Shown one piece after another: positions 24,895 to 37,899 of a stretch of DNA of 64,000 bases (the first letter of the stretch is position 1; the number at the start of each line of letters is the position of its first letter). The notes below the pieces were generated by a model. That model was given only the letters and a program-made list of their open reading frames with translations, did no database searches and was not told the DNA's origin. The stretch covers positions 274,412,001 through 274,476,000 of the forward strand of contig OZ024742.1 in the NCBI GenBank assembly GCA_964016885.1, in the 5' to 3' direction. The stretch is from Eledone cirrhosa. Its lineage: Eukaryota. The position numbers and the translations under genes were made by a program.

Positions 24895-27620
24895 ATTAGA
24901 TTTTTAGCGTGGTGTTAAATAGCCGAACTGTTTTCAAGGGGTTATTCTTTATATGGGAAGATTGTAGTTGTCAAAAGGATTGGTCAACGTTTCTTGTGAA
25001 CACAATTAAATCTTTCGTTGCGGTGGGTGGGAGGTACAGTTGCTGAACTTGCCTGTAGAACAATGAGGTTGTGGGTGGAGCTGGTCAAGTGTTGAAAGTG
25101 AACTCTATACAGCAAATTCTAAGGAGTGTGGATGCGATTAAGCTAGCTAGGAAGCAAGCGAAAAAAGAATTCTGGAGGAATCTGAGTGCGAAGTTATAAA
25201 ATTAAAAAGTTAATAAATTGAAATAAAAAAAAAAACTAATAATAAATAAAAATAATAATAATGTTAAGAAATTAAATAAAATAAAAAACAAGAGTCTAAA
25301 ACAGCTGCTATGATTTTAACTGGTATTGGGTTTTCGGCCAATGCTAATATAGAATTTACTGGGGTGGGGGTACTGAGGCTACATAAGCCCGATGGGCTGC
25401 CTCAGGGTAAGCGGAAGAGGAAAAAGGAAAAGGAAGAGGAGAGGGAGTGGAAGGAAGTGATACGGAGAGATTAAGGGAAAAAAGAAAAGTACCTATGTCT
25501 GCTAGGGTTACACCTATCTTGTTCGGCAAGTGGGGAAAAGAAGGATGTTACAGCCATTGTCTACCTCCTGGTCATGCGGGGGCTTGAGGGCGAGGTAAGT
25601 CCTACGCAATCGGTGTTTACATGCAGTTACAAGTTCGTCTTTTTTGTTTAGGAGTTGGTCCTTCTTAAACAGCATTTGTAATGTTTCCTCCGAGCATAGG
25701 TTAGACGGACGTCGTCCTCCCGTGTAGGAGTTAACCCTGGAAAGTAAGCTCCACGTAAGATGGTATGTGATGTTATTATCTTGGAGGTCCCAGATGTTTC
25801 CAGGAAGTGTAGTGGCATGTCGCTGGGCCAGGTTATGATGGTATGTCAGTGTTGGTAGAGCCGGGTCTTAAAGTCACATGCGGTTAATCCTATATAGGCT
25901 TTGTTTGTGTTTTCCGTCCTCACGTTGCATTGGTAGATTGCGTTACGTGCTCGGCATTTGTTGTTGAGAGGGCACGTAGTTCTATCAGGGTAGTTACACC
26001 TCATGGTCGGCTCTCCACTAATGTCTAGGTTGTTTCTTCCATAGGAGTTGAGTTTCTTGTTGTTAGAAGAGGCGATGTTTTGTGCGAAGTTGGGTGTGGT
26101 GCTGTAGGAGAGTTTGATAGTGTTTTTGTTGATTATGTTGTGGTAGCGGTTGTGGTGGGAAGTGTTTTCCGAGGAGCGTAAAGAAGATTTTCAGGATTAA
26201 ACCTCGGCATTGTGGGGAGGGTTGAACCACATTACATGGTGTGAGCGGCGACGTCGCCTGCTGGTTCCGCTAATGGAAGCCTGGGTAAAAGAAGATTTCC
26301 TCTCGAAAGCCGCTTCACTTGAGGGCCTGATTGTGAAAAGTCGCATGTTCATCGAATATCTGCGCCTTAGTGGACAAACGAGATATGCGGATGGAGATGT
26401 TTTTAACCAGGTTACTGGTCACGTCTCTAGGATGGTTAGAGCGGCGGTGGATGTAGTAAAGGTTGTCATTTGGTTTCCTGTATGGGTAGTATGGATCATT
26501 TCGAGGTTGAGGGTAGCGTCCAGGAAACTGACTCCGGTTAAAGACGCCTGTAGGGTGATTTAAATATCCAGCCCCGGAAAAAGTTGATTAGGTGTTTAGG
26601 GACCCGGTCCGTACTACTGGCGTTGTACCCTTTGGGGGTAAGGAGCCCATCGTCTCGGTAAAATCCACCGCCGAATGCAGGAATCATTTCGGTGAGGTTA
26701 TGTAGTAAGAACAATCCTATAAGATCGGTCACCTCCGCCGAGTCGGCCGCGCCGATACTGACGTCGAAGAGGAGGACTGTCTTCCTGGCGTGAAAAATTG
26801 TTTCTTTCCTGGTCGGTGATGGGTGTGAGTGTTTTGGCAAAGTTCAAAGCGGCCGTAAGGAGCATTAGGGTAATAGTGGCGTAATAGCTCTCTATGTAGA
26901 ACTGGATGAATTTGGTGTCCCGTTTTTCCTCAATATTCCTGAACGATGAGATGAGTTCCTGGGTGCTGACCCAAAGGATAAGTCTCGCGTTTTGCTTCAT
27001 TTTTGGTATAACGCGATCTAGGATCTTTTTCCTGATTCTCCCTATGTCCGACTGATGGATGGTTTGCGGTCGAAGTCGGATTTATGATCCTTCAGGGTGA
27101 AGTAGTGAGTACGTGGGTCGGCAACCCCGTGGCTGGAGGTAATTAGTTGTCCATCTATATTTATGTCATGGATTATAGAATGGTTTGCCTTCTTGTAGGT
27201 GGAGTTCACGATGCTCCTGATAAGTGTGTGGTATTTGTCGGGGTTGACGAAATAGATGTTTCCAGTTTTGTCCGAATGCACCAGGATGTCGCTGGTGCTT
27301 TCATACTCCGTTATTTTGTTACGGAGTTATTGTAGGAATCGGTTGTGTCTGGGTTTGAATTTCATACTCTTGACCAGGTGGAAGAGGGCATTCTCGAAGG
27401 GTGAGAGCAGAAGGTTCGGTAGGGGAGAGTTGTAGGTATTGAATCCGAATCTCTCCTTGGTGCCGAAGTCCTGGTTGTCGCGGTATCTATCGTAGAAAAA
27501 TGTTCTTCATCTCAATATTTCGCAAACAGGTCGAATCTTAGCGTGAGCATCCGCAGGTAAAGTTTTCTCTGTGGAACTGGGATGTTCTTGGTGGAGAAGT
27601 CGATAGTGTGTGTTCGCAAT
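24895..27620 (-). mobile_element. Penelope-like element (Naiad-like), near full-length degenerate RT plus GIY-YIG
   Basis: Minus motifs FSTKNIPVP, SDKTGNIY, TLKDHK, FDVSIGAADSAEVTDLIGLFLL, FYRDDGL, FLDATLNL, WFNPP, NTIKLSYSTTPN, C-rich linker C..CPL..KC..AIY, YIGLT. Frameshifted. Confidence 0.9.
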
Positions 27621-27693
27621 CTGAAGACTAAAATCCGAAGAGGGCTCGTTAAGCGTGAAAGCAACGATTCATTGCTTAAACTTTCATCTTTTA

Positions 27694-27732
<39 letters not shown>

Positions 27733-27842
27733 ATAATAATAAAATTGAAGACTAAAATCCAAAGAGGGTTCGATAAGGGTGAAAGCAGCGATTCTTTGCT
27801 TAAACTTTAATCTGTTATTTTAATAAATATATATATATATAT

Positions 27843-28465
27843 ATATGAGGGATGAACACCTATACAATTATACATGTGTTCGAATTGCAAATGACCAAGT
27901 TAGCTATGTTGAACGATACTAATCTAACATAATATGGTTTGCCTGTCTCGATTTAAAATAATAAATCAATAAAAATAACAAACCTATATTGGCAATGAAC
28001 ATGATACCCGGACAAATTCTAAATTTGTTTCGCAACAATTAAGTGAAAGTTACTATTCCTGTGCTCTTCTGCGGGTATCCAGGACAATTCGTATCTTTCA
28101 CTTCAAAATATTTAAGAAGACTGAGAAATACGTGTTGTTGAACGCACATGTGTCCCAGCACCTAACTCCTTTCATACTCATGCCGCTAAAAATAGCAGTC
28201 GGTTTTATGGGACTAAAATTAGCTCAACGTATGGAGCCGTGAATATCAAAAATTGAGTTATAAACTCAAAATAGTCTTTTGCAATTAAATAGCTCAAAGG
28301 AGGGAATATTTCCGAGCCGTGTAATACAAATGAATATATGAGGGATGAATACATATACGATTATATATGTGTATATAATCATTTGTATTACAGGGCTCGG
28401 AAATATTCCCTTCTTTGAGGTATTTAATTGTAAAAGACTATTTCGAGTTTATAACTCAATATTTG
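27843..28465. repeat. ~493-bp HHR unit with partial tandem restart and inverted tail
   Basis: atatgagggatgaa recurs at 27843 and 28336. ~28381-28460 is the reverse complement of ~28252-28331. (TA)n flanks. Confidence 0.8.
28003..28079 (-). ncRNA. Full three-stem hammerhead with U4A core change
   Basis: GATACCCG-CAGAAGA-GCA...TGC-GAAA-CAAATT tag AATTTG-TC-CGGGTATC. Confidence 0.8.
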
Positions 28466-28479
28466 ATATATATATATAT

Positions 28480-28616
28480 AACTGTTTCTACTTTAGGCAC
28501 AAGGCCAGCAATTACCCAGTGCATTACTGGTACTTTATTTTATCGACCCCGTAAGGATGAAAGGCAAAGTCAACCTCGGCGGGATTTGAACTCAGATCGT
28601 AAAGGGACGTAACTAT
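28480..28616 (-). mobile_element. tRNA-derived SINE, 5'-truncated
   Basis: Reverse complement of the SINE core and B box. Confidence 0.9.
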
Positions 28617-28782
28617 ATATAACGAAGGAGAAATAGCCGTCGAAACGGCTTGAGCTCTGCCGTCGGGGTCATACATTTTCCTATATATATATATATATAT
28701 TGGTATATATATTGTTATAATTTGGGAGGGTCAAATTCAAAATTCACGTATGTATATATATATATGAGTGTTTGTGTGCGCG

Positions 28783-28841
<59 letters not shown>

Positions 28842-30719
28842 TTTATGCAGTTACCACTTGCATTTTACCAGTATGTCCCTTATATCTTTTCATAGAAGGC
28901 CTCATGCGTTGAGATGTTTTTGTTAAAAACTGTTCGATGATTTGTGTTTTCTTGAGATATAGGTTTGCAAGAAAGCCACATCTCGTCAGTTTGCAGCTGG
29001 GGAATTACATCCTCTACTAAGCTAACGCAAGCGACATTTGTCGAGCGTTTGGCAATAATTTAAATGATTGTGTTTAGACGTCGATGTGATCCTAGACGAT
29101 GTTGCATGAGGCGTGTTGATAGAACAACATGCGAAGCAAAGAGGGTTTCTTTAAATAAAGTAGATTTTCTAGAGAAGTTTGTGTTCTTTCCCTCCAAGAA
29201 ATGTAATATTATATGCCATAATTGTCCATTCATGTATTCGTGCCTCCTGAAAATGCTTCGAGATCATCAAATCGTGTGAACTGCAGGAACGTAACGATGT
29301 GGGAAAAGAACGAAGCTAGTGGTTCCTAATTGGGATATTTTCACCCACAGATCTATAAAATTGTGTTCTTGTCTACGGTGAACACCATGTCGTTGGCGAT
29401 TTACCTGTGTAGTTTAGTCATGTAACTGTGGTAGAAATATTCACTATATCTTACATCTGACATGCGCTGCCGGCTTCAGAGGCATTAGTAAGATAACTTT
29501 CAAGCCCATTCATTCTGAAATTGTTATTTGTTCTCTACGTGGACGGGGTAGGCATGCCGAAATGCATGAAAAGCCCCGTATTCTAGCAACATTTTTTACA
29601 AAATAATCTTTCTAATTGTCTGATCCGTAAATCAAAAATGTAATGAGTAGGAAGCTCACATATTTATACTTACTAAATCATGAAATGAGGACATTTACAG
29701 TAACATTCAGCGCAGATACTGGATGGTATTTTCATAGACAACACAATGCGAAGATCAAACGGCTTCATATTGACGATAATATTTGCCTATTAGTTAGGAG
29801 TAAACGTGGTAAAAAGGCAAAGTGAGGATCTCAGGCACACAAAGACCCTTGCATTTGCTCATAAACAGTTAGACCAAAGAAGGAAATCTTTGATGGTCAG
29901 GAGCCTCAGTCAAAACCTCGTAGTGTGACTCATTGTCACTGTTCAATAACAGGATTCGTGGGTGTTAAGCAGAGAGGTGTCGAAAGGAAATAAGTTGTTG
30001 GAATGTATTTGGTAAACACCCCAGGAATACAGACATATCTACAAGTTGCCTGGTCTCTTTAAAGCGGAGGAACATAAAGATAGAAACAGTATACACAAAA
30101 ATATCTAGTTATAAGAGATGTATTCATAAGCGATAACTACCAGCTTTTTACTCAGTCACACATCAGCGTTAGGTGCATAGGTTACCTCATACACGATCCT
30201 TGAAACTAGCGTTCGGGCATCCCAGCCCCTGTCCATAGCGCTGAGTTCCCCATCCCATCGTGTCGGATTTGCAGCACTAGATATATAAAGTATGAGAACG
30301 TTAAACCGTTAGATTATAAACATGAAAGCTTAAACAAATAGGATAGAAGCCGAAAACGTTTCCATCAAAGTCTGAGGACTCCGTTATTCAGCGGCTCATC
30401 AGGGAATTTTCAATGGGAGCATACGCAAAGGTTGTGGTGTACCATACGTCAGAACGGGGTGTTGTGAAAAATCAAGCGAATGGAATTTTCTCAGGCTATG
30501 GCAGTTGCCTAAAACTCTTTTTAAATTATCTTTATTTTTTTCTGTAATGTTTGGTTGTGGTGTACCAAACTATCCGATACATACGGTATAAATAACATCT
30601 TAGCACTGAACCTGTTTCTGGTTAAAATTCATTAGCAATTTAGTGCAACCAACGATATAGTGGACGGCGGATCATTTCAAGAAGTGGAAAACCTTCATAT
30701 AGATAATATCTACTCTGAC

Positions 30720-31150
30720 CAAAAATGCTAGATCTGATAAAATGTTGACGACACGGCATGGTTTGGTCTTCTCTGCAATTTCGAAACGGAACATCATATG
30801 GAAATGCAATGGGAGGCTCAAAATGTTTAAGTGACTGGTAATTTCGTTTCTTAGTTCCTTCAGAAGGTGTCTACGAATCACGTACACGAATCGCACATCA
30901 AACAATTGGCAAAAAGACGGAGGCTTGCCTTATATGAATCCCGCCATGGATCCAGGCCTAAAACCATTCTTCAGGGCGAGGAAGAGGCAGACAAAGAAAA
31001 TCGTGGGCCAACAAAATCAAAGACGGGACAGATCACAAAACCCATGGAATTTTATCTATGACAGTGAACAGAGGACAGTGGTGACGGTTGACTACACAAT
31101 TATCTAGAGTGGCACCCCAACAACTGGCTGCATAAGTTACAGTAACTTGC
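30720..31150 (+). mobile_element. Old RTE-type LINE 3' fragment
   Basis: Degenerate KRRRLAL..SRH.SRPKTILQG..GRGRQRKSWANKIK motif typical of RTE C-termini. Confidence 0.6.
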
Positions 31151-33463
31151 TTGATTAAAGTATTTTATGACAGTCCCTTAGGTTTTTTTCATATTTATAG
31201 GGAAAAAGTTTTTGTTTGAACACCTCATGTCCATTATACCCTGAAACCATTTCACATAAAATCTAGACAGACAAAATCAGAAGAGGATACATATATATTT
31301 AGGAGTTACACAGTTTGGTGCATTTTGCATGCTATGCCAAAAGAATTAAAATAATTACTTCAACACTTATTAATTGTAGCCATGCTTCTCTACACCACAT
31401 CAACCGACGCACCGACTATGCCAGCACTAACATCATCGTCACCATCATCATCACCGCCACTATCATCATCACCACCAAAACCAGCACTACCATTATAACA
31501 TAACCACTGCCACTAATATGATTACTCTACCACTAGCACCACCATCAGCTACTGCACTACCACAATCACATATATCAAGACCACATTACATCATCACCAG
31601 CATAAATTTTACACCACCTCCATCACCACAAATGCTCTGGTGTCTTCTGTACCATCACGTCGAACTTCGGGAGACAATTTCCTGAAGATCCGTCATATGG
31701 CTGGCTAGCCGACATCACATTGTAGAACTGGTTTTGAATAAAGTATCTAAGATAGTTTCCCATCATGTGGTCCCGGTCTGCCACTATTCAAAAAGTTCCA
31801 GGAACGCTGCATTTCATATATTAATTTCGTTATCAAACTCTTATCAACGATGATGAACCCATGGAAGATTGTTAAAAAAGAGTATGAGGGAGGAGATTGT
31901 TGAATATCTCTTGACTGTACTGCTTTCTGGAGATCATCTCTGAGAAGATTATGGCGAGTTCATAAACTTCTCTCTCTGTATCCAGGTGGTTGGCTTTCTC
32001 CCCAATTCTTCTTCGTTGTCCCATAAGCTTACCACTAGGCTCATTTGATGGCTAATTCATATATGAGATCAAGATAGTTCTGTTCAATAAACAAATTAAT
32101 ATCACATCACATGTATGAAGAGATCTACAAAACGTCGCTTACTTTATGACTTTGTAAAATTGTGGAACGAAGCAATGGTTCTCAGATGGGCCTCAAACAA
32201 TGATTCTGAATTGTTGAAGCTGCTGCCAACGTATCCTGACAAATAGATTAAAACTATAGCAGCGGCGGGCCTTCAGCCTCACCTGTGGTACTGTCAAAAT
32301 AGCTAGTAGCGTTGGCTTTATTGACGAAAGACTAGGCCTGGATGAGTATTAAGAAATGTTCCAAAATCTGAAAAAAGTAAGAAAAAGGAATGAATGAAGA
32401 AGGATGAATGGAAAGGAATGGCTTTCGGCAGCACAGAGAACTGAATGACTTCGTTAAGATAAAAAGAAATAACATTTTTTCCATCTGCTAATCATCTGCT
32501 AAACAATTTGGAGATTTGCACTGACGGTAATATCAAAGCATATTTTAATACTTGGGATGTTGTGAATGACACTGCTGGTTGAATTATCTATCTCCAAAAG
32601 AGGTTTAGTTATTCTACGAAGAATGAAATTCATGAGCAATTCCTCCTAGAAATTGATGCGGCGCAAACGAAAGGAGTGCATCAGGGGACAAAGGAAGTCG
32701 CTTCCGTTTATATATTTCAATTGTAAAAAGTGTTTCACTTTGATATTATTGTGTATTTATAATGAATTCCTCCTACATATGTTCCTTTCATTTTGACCTG
32801 TCGTGTAGTTTCCTCATTCACGGCAGTAAAGTGAACAGAAAATACAATATATGACAGGCCTGATCCAAAACATCATCACAAATAGAAAGTTGTAAAAGCG
32901 TGCTAGCTGTAAATATTATTAGGCTGACCTATAATTCGGCGTCTTTCGTTAATACATCAAGAAAAACACGGCCCTAATCAACATGAGATGAATGGCAAAT
33001 AGTTTGTAAAATGAAACAGTCTCAATAATTTGTATAAACATGATTCTGAACGCTACAGATTTTAGTCCCAAATTTATGTTTCATATGACTGCAAGAAATT
33101 TTAGCAAATAAAGAAATCATTATAATAATTATAACAATAAATATTATCATTAGTCTTATATTTATTGCTTGCCGCTAAAACATTTCTGAGCCCATCTAGT
33201 GCGCTCTGGATATATGTAACGTTATTTTTGGTGTTGATTTTATTGTATCGAGAGTACACTTCGAATTTCGTGAGCAGAGCCTAGTAATGATATTTTCACT
33301 ACGCGGTATATATTGTAAATTCTATGGGATTTTTTTGTTATGTATCTGTCTGTGTTATATCATTCGCAGAGCATACATTATTACATGGATTATTTCTGTT
33401 TCATCATACACATTTGGGTTATTTCTCTCAGCAGAATCTATGTTTGGATCATTTCTCCATTTC

Positions 33464-33524
<61 letters not shown>

Positions 33525-33580
33525 TAAATGAAATAAAATAACAGGAGGCTGGACTGGTGTAAATCCTTGAAAGGTTTATT

Positions 33581-33638
33581 ATACTATGATCATTTCAATG
33601 ACCGGGTTCCATATGAATCCGGTGATATCATCAGGTAT
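33581..33638 (-). ncRNA. Type-I hammerhead ribozyme near the 3' end of a TA-flanked element (~33525-34520)
   Basis: ATAC-CTGATGA-(tatc ACCGG...CCGGT catt)-GAAA-T gatc A-TA-GTAT, followed by AATAAA; palindromic GATC loop. Confidence 0.75.
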
Positions 33639-34518
33639 TGGAATATGACAAAGGAATATGTAAAAACCCATGGGTCCGAAAAATCAGAGACAGAGACAGA
33701 GAGGACGACTGACCAACTAGCTTCTCGGCCAGTCGCCCTCAAAGTGTTGGCAACTGAAGCTACTAATGAATATCTGGTGAGGGGGCGAAGGCTTATAATG
33801 GACTACCACCACTCCGTCAAAGAAGAAGGGGAAGAAAGAAAGGGAGAAAGAAGAGTAGTGTAAAGGGTCATACTACATTCATGCTAGAAAATGCCGCGAA
33901 AAAATGCTACCCCAGGGAACCTATAATGGGTGTCTGTATGGTCTAATGTGTGAACCGAAGATTGGAAAGTTAAACTTATGTTGCGAGTTATAGGATGAAA
34001 TTAAATTAAATTAAAAATATTAAATTGCAAAATGATAAATTGAAAAATAAGTTATTAGAGAATTAAATATTAAGGTAGCGAGATTTATGTATTTAATAAA
34101 CTTACGGAGAGAGTCTTATATGAAAAAATGTATCCCCCCCCCCATGAGTCAGCCAGTCTCGAGTGGTATCGTCCAGCGAAAGAAATGGAAATTAATTTTT
34201 CCGAGTACTCTAGGAACGTAGCTACCTCAGGCCCCGGGAGCGCTAGCGGGAACTCCACAATTTCGACAGGCCATCGTCTGTATCAAACGAATGCTATTAA
34301 TTCACACATGAGGGGTTTATTTACGTGCCAGTAGAGGCATGATACAGCTAATAGTTATGCCTAAACCTGGAGTTTGTAGGTACAAGTATAATGTGGCGGC
34401 TAAAACAGGCGGCGCGGTGGGACCGGGGCAAAGCAAGTCGCTCCGAGTAATTTCGTTTACCGAAAGAGGAGAAATTTATTTTTCCGAGCATACAAGGAAG
34501 GCTGAACTTTCCGAGTGC

Positions 34519-34582
<64 letters not shown>

Positions 34583-34842
34583 GGAAGAGAATGAATCACA
34601 ATTTCATTTCTCACTCTTAGTACAGCTGATACTTAAATACAAATATGTATACATACATATATGTATACAGACGTACAGTAGTATGTATATATATATACAT
34701 ACATGCACACATATACATATGTACGTATAAGTTTACCGAACATTCATTATAATGTTCGATTTGTTTGTAAACAAACAGCCCGAATTACGCCGTACAGTGT
34801 TTGGCAACCATCGTCGCCCTTTTGTTCAACACTGACAAAGGA

Positions 34843-34885
34843 ACGATGAACAAGTTTCAAGCTTATTAGCTATCGTCAGCATCGT
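34843..34885 (-). ncRNA. Minimal hammerhead (426-bp family)
   Basis: ACGATG-CTGACGA-tAGCT aata AGCTt-GAAA-CTTG-TT-CATCGT. Confidence 0.8.
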
Positions 34886-35268
34886 ATACCTTCCTGTCAG
34901 ATGATTGAACGTTTGAAAGTATATACTTTCCTGATGCATATTAACGACTGAGAAGCCTAATTTGCATATCGCGTGAGTTAGTCGGCCGGGCGTGCCGAAA
35001 ACGATAAATGGAAAAGAATGAAACGAAATTTCATTTCTCACTCTTAGCACGGCTGATACTTAAATATAAGTATGTATACGTACATACATATATGTATACA
35101 GACGTACAGTAGTATGTATATATATACATACATGCACACACATATATATATATGTACGTATGGTTTTACCGAACATTTAATATAATGTTCGGTTTGTTTG
35201 TAAACAAACATCCCGAATTACGGTGTTCGGCAACCATCGTCGCCGGTTTGTTCAACATTGACAAAGGA

Positions 35269-35311
35269 ACGATGAACAAGTTTCAAGCTTATTAGCTATC
35301 GCCAGCATCGT
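35269..35311 (-). ncRNA. Minimal hammerhead (426-bp family), A6G change
   Basis: As 34843-34885 but with core CTGGCGA. Confidence 0.65.
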
Positions 35312-35440
35312 ATACCTTCCTGCCAGATGATTGAACGTTTGAAAGTATATAATTTAAGTATATACTGGACTATCCAGGAAAAACCTGAACAGTTAAGTTA
35401 TTATTTCCTACTTATGTCAATATTTATAAAACAAACTTTG

Positions 35441-35501
35441 TATTTTATCTGATGAGAGCGTACCAAAGTGTTGGTACCCTTGATATATATATAATAGAAT
35501 A
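35441..35501 (+). ncRNA. Family A hammerhead (GAAA to GATA) in a solo pLTR (~35365-35640)
   Basis: TATTTTAT-CTGATGA-GAG.GTACCAA agtg TTGGTAC.CTT-GATA-TATATA-TA-ATAGAATA. Confidence 0.6.
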
Positions 35502-35636
35502 AGTATGGTTTTATAAATATAGTTTCCATTCATTTAATATCATTGAATATTATACTCCAGAAAACTGTCGAGTGCTTTGAATCAGTTATAAACATTTATA
35601 TTTGTCGAATTATCAACAAATTGAATATCCCTTTTG

Positions 35637-35700
<64 letters not shown>

Positions 35701-36265
35701 TATATATATATATTTATACATACATTATGGCCGCAAACTCTGCTAAGAATATTGCAATCGCTTGTCAGATTACAGAAACCTTTGCACTTTTAGGCTACGG
35801 CCACCCACACCAACCTGTAAAACATCCTGAACAAGCAATGCCAGTGCTTTAATTGTTTTTAAATTGGGGAAAGTCCTTGCACTCGACCAATCCCTCACTC
35901 TGAGAATCGAAAAACCTACCCGGAAAAGAAACAATGATCGACCTCATGGGATTCTTCCGAAGCTGCACGTTTTTTTTTCCAGAGAAAGATGTTGTGACAA
36001 CTCGCTTTTCATTTACAGGTAAAAAGATGTACTATTCGGATGGCCGGTGGTACTGCCGAATTCCTCTTCCCTTTGCCGGAAGCTGTCCAAATTGCAAATA
36101 AACTGGCAACGCTACCGATCCGGCTTGGAGGGGGTGGCCAGTTTAGTCGCCGAAGACGCGAGCATGAGAAATGTTGTGCTGGGTTACATGCGACCAGTAG
36201 TATTCGAGAGTGACCTGACATATATACACACACAAACATATATATATATATATATATATATAAAG

Positions 36266-36324
<59 letters not shown>

Positions 36325-36397
36325 CATACATATACGTGTTTTGCAACGGGTCACTTTGTGGCTCAATGAAAAGTCAATAAATTTAATAATCAGAGCT

Positions 36398-37015
36398 ATA
36401 TATCATAAAACATGTCTATAGAATCACCATATAATATATATACCATTTCATTTCCTAATTAGCATAACTAACTTTATAAAAAATCGAATAGACCAGGCTA
36501 TAAGAATAACGCTTCTATGAAGAAATCTCCAAAAAATAACCGAAACTAGCCCTTCGCGTCGGCCGCGACGGAATATTTATCGAATATTTCGACAGCGTAA
36601 TCGCCCAGATACAGTCAATTAAACAGAATTAGGTGTAAAATAAACTAGGAAAAAATAGAATAAATTTGTTTACCTCTACCATGGTTTCGTCTGCATTTTG
36701 AGATTTCCAGTAACTTTGGAAACTCGAGCATCGGACTCTTCAGGAGTTTTGCTCTAATCCAGACATTAAATTTTCCAAAGTGATCGCGCCAATTCTGTTT
36801 AATTGACTGTATCTGGGCGATTACGCTGTCGAAATATTCGATAAATATTCCGTCGCGGCCGACGCGAAGGGCTAGTTTCGGTTATTTGTTGGAGATTTCT
36901 TCATAGAAGCGTTATTCTTATAGCCTGGTCTATTCGATTTTTTATATAGTTAATTATGCTAATTGGGAGAGGGAATGGTATATATTTTATCTGGTGATTC
37001 TATAGACATGTTTTA

Positions 37016-37022
<7 letters not shown>
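36398..37022. repeat. Foldback: ~235-bp inverted arms around a ~160-bp HHR-containing spacer
   Basis: ~36398-36630 is the reverse complement of ~36790-37022. Confidence 0.92.
36674..36746 (-). ncRNA. Type-I hammerhead with extended stem II
   Basis: CTC-CTGAAGA-GTC..TGC..GAG.TTTCCA...TGGAAA.CTC..GCA.GAC-GAAA-C catg G-TA-GAG; palindromic CATG loop. Confidence 0.8.
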
Positions 37023-37083
<61 letters not shown>

Positions 37084-37899
37084 TTAATACATTAACAGAG
37101 AAAGCTTTAAGCGATACTCTGACCAACTCACTCAACAAACATTAGGATATACCTAAGTATAATCCCAATTAAGTGTTTGGGTGCTAACTATATAGTATTC
37201 CGGATAGTTGGTTGTATTATTTTATATGAGACATAATTAAATAAATCTCTCTTTCTTTCCATACGATCGTTTCGTTATAAGTTTTCTACAAGTTGGGATA
37301 AATAATGCCCAAGTTATGTAGAAACTTGTATATAATCCATAGATATACACACAAGCGAGCCCTTATAACAGTTAATGCTCATGCAATATCTATATAAAAA
37401 ACTACATCGATACTAATAATCAGTGATGGTCTCCGTCAGTGCTAGAAGGACAGCTAAATTTGAAAAGTCAGTAGTTCTTCAAAAAGAAAATTCACACTGT
37501 CCCCAAAAGGGAAAGGGGATGTCATCGTAAAATATAAAATAATATACACGCTGGTCATTGGAGCCTGTTAGGTATTTTAACCACGTGTTTACGAACTCAA
37601 TTGAATATTAAAAGAATAAATATATGTATGTACCATTTATACACACATAGAGATATTAAAAAAGTAACAAATATATGCACACACTATCTATACATACATA
37701 TAGGTATTTTCTCAGGCAAAAATATCAGACATAAGATACAGGAAAATGCAATCAATATTTCATATAAAGAATTAATAAAGTCATACCTAAATATCTGGAA
37801 TTTTCATATATATATATATATATGTAGTTATAGATGGCGAGGGCCATATTGTTGTAATAATATTGCCAGAAATAATAACAGAACACACTTACTGTTAGG

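Larger units (their letters stand above)
34577..35352. repeat. 426-bp HHR-containing tandem repeat (~1.8 units), homologous to the 466-bp family
   Basis: Units start at ~34577 and ~35003. Shares taatttgcata..gcgtgagt...acgataaa and the HHR context with 20908-22420. Confidence 0.9.

Noticed and set aside
27620-27825. Two ~80-bp direct repeats containing (C)TGAAGA and GAAA at the PLE 5' end
   Set aside because: Cannot be folded into HHR topology (no UH plus stem I). Probably pLTR terminal fragments.
30345-30410. CTGATGA...GAAACG on the minus strand
   Set aside because: Stem I has only about 2 bp and stem II does not close next to GAAA. At best a heavily decayed HHR; not counted.
28890-33300. 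Possible host exons in the less repetitive stretch
   Set aside because: No convincing ORF or recognisable domain in the frames I could inspect, apart from an old RTE fragment. Small exons cannot be excluded without RNA-seq.
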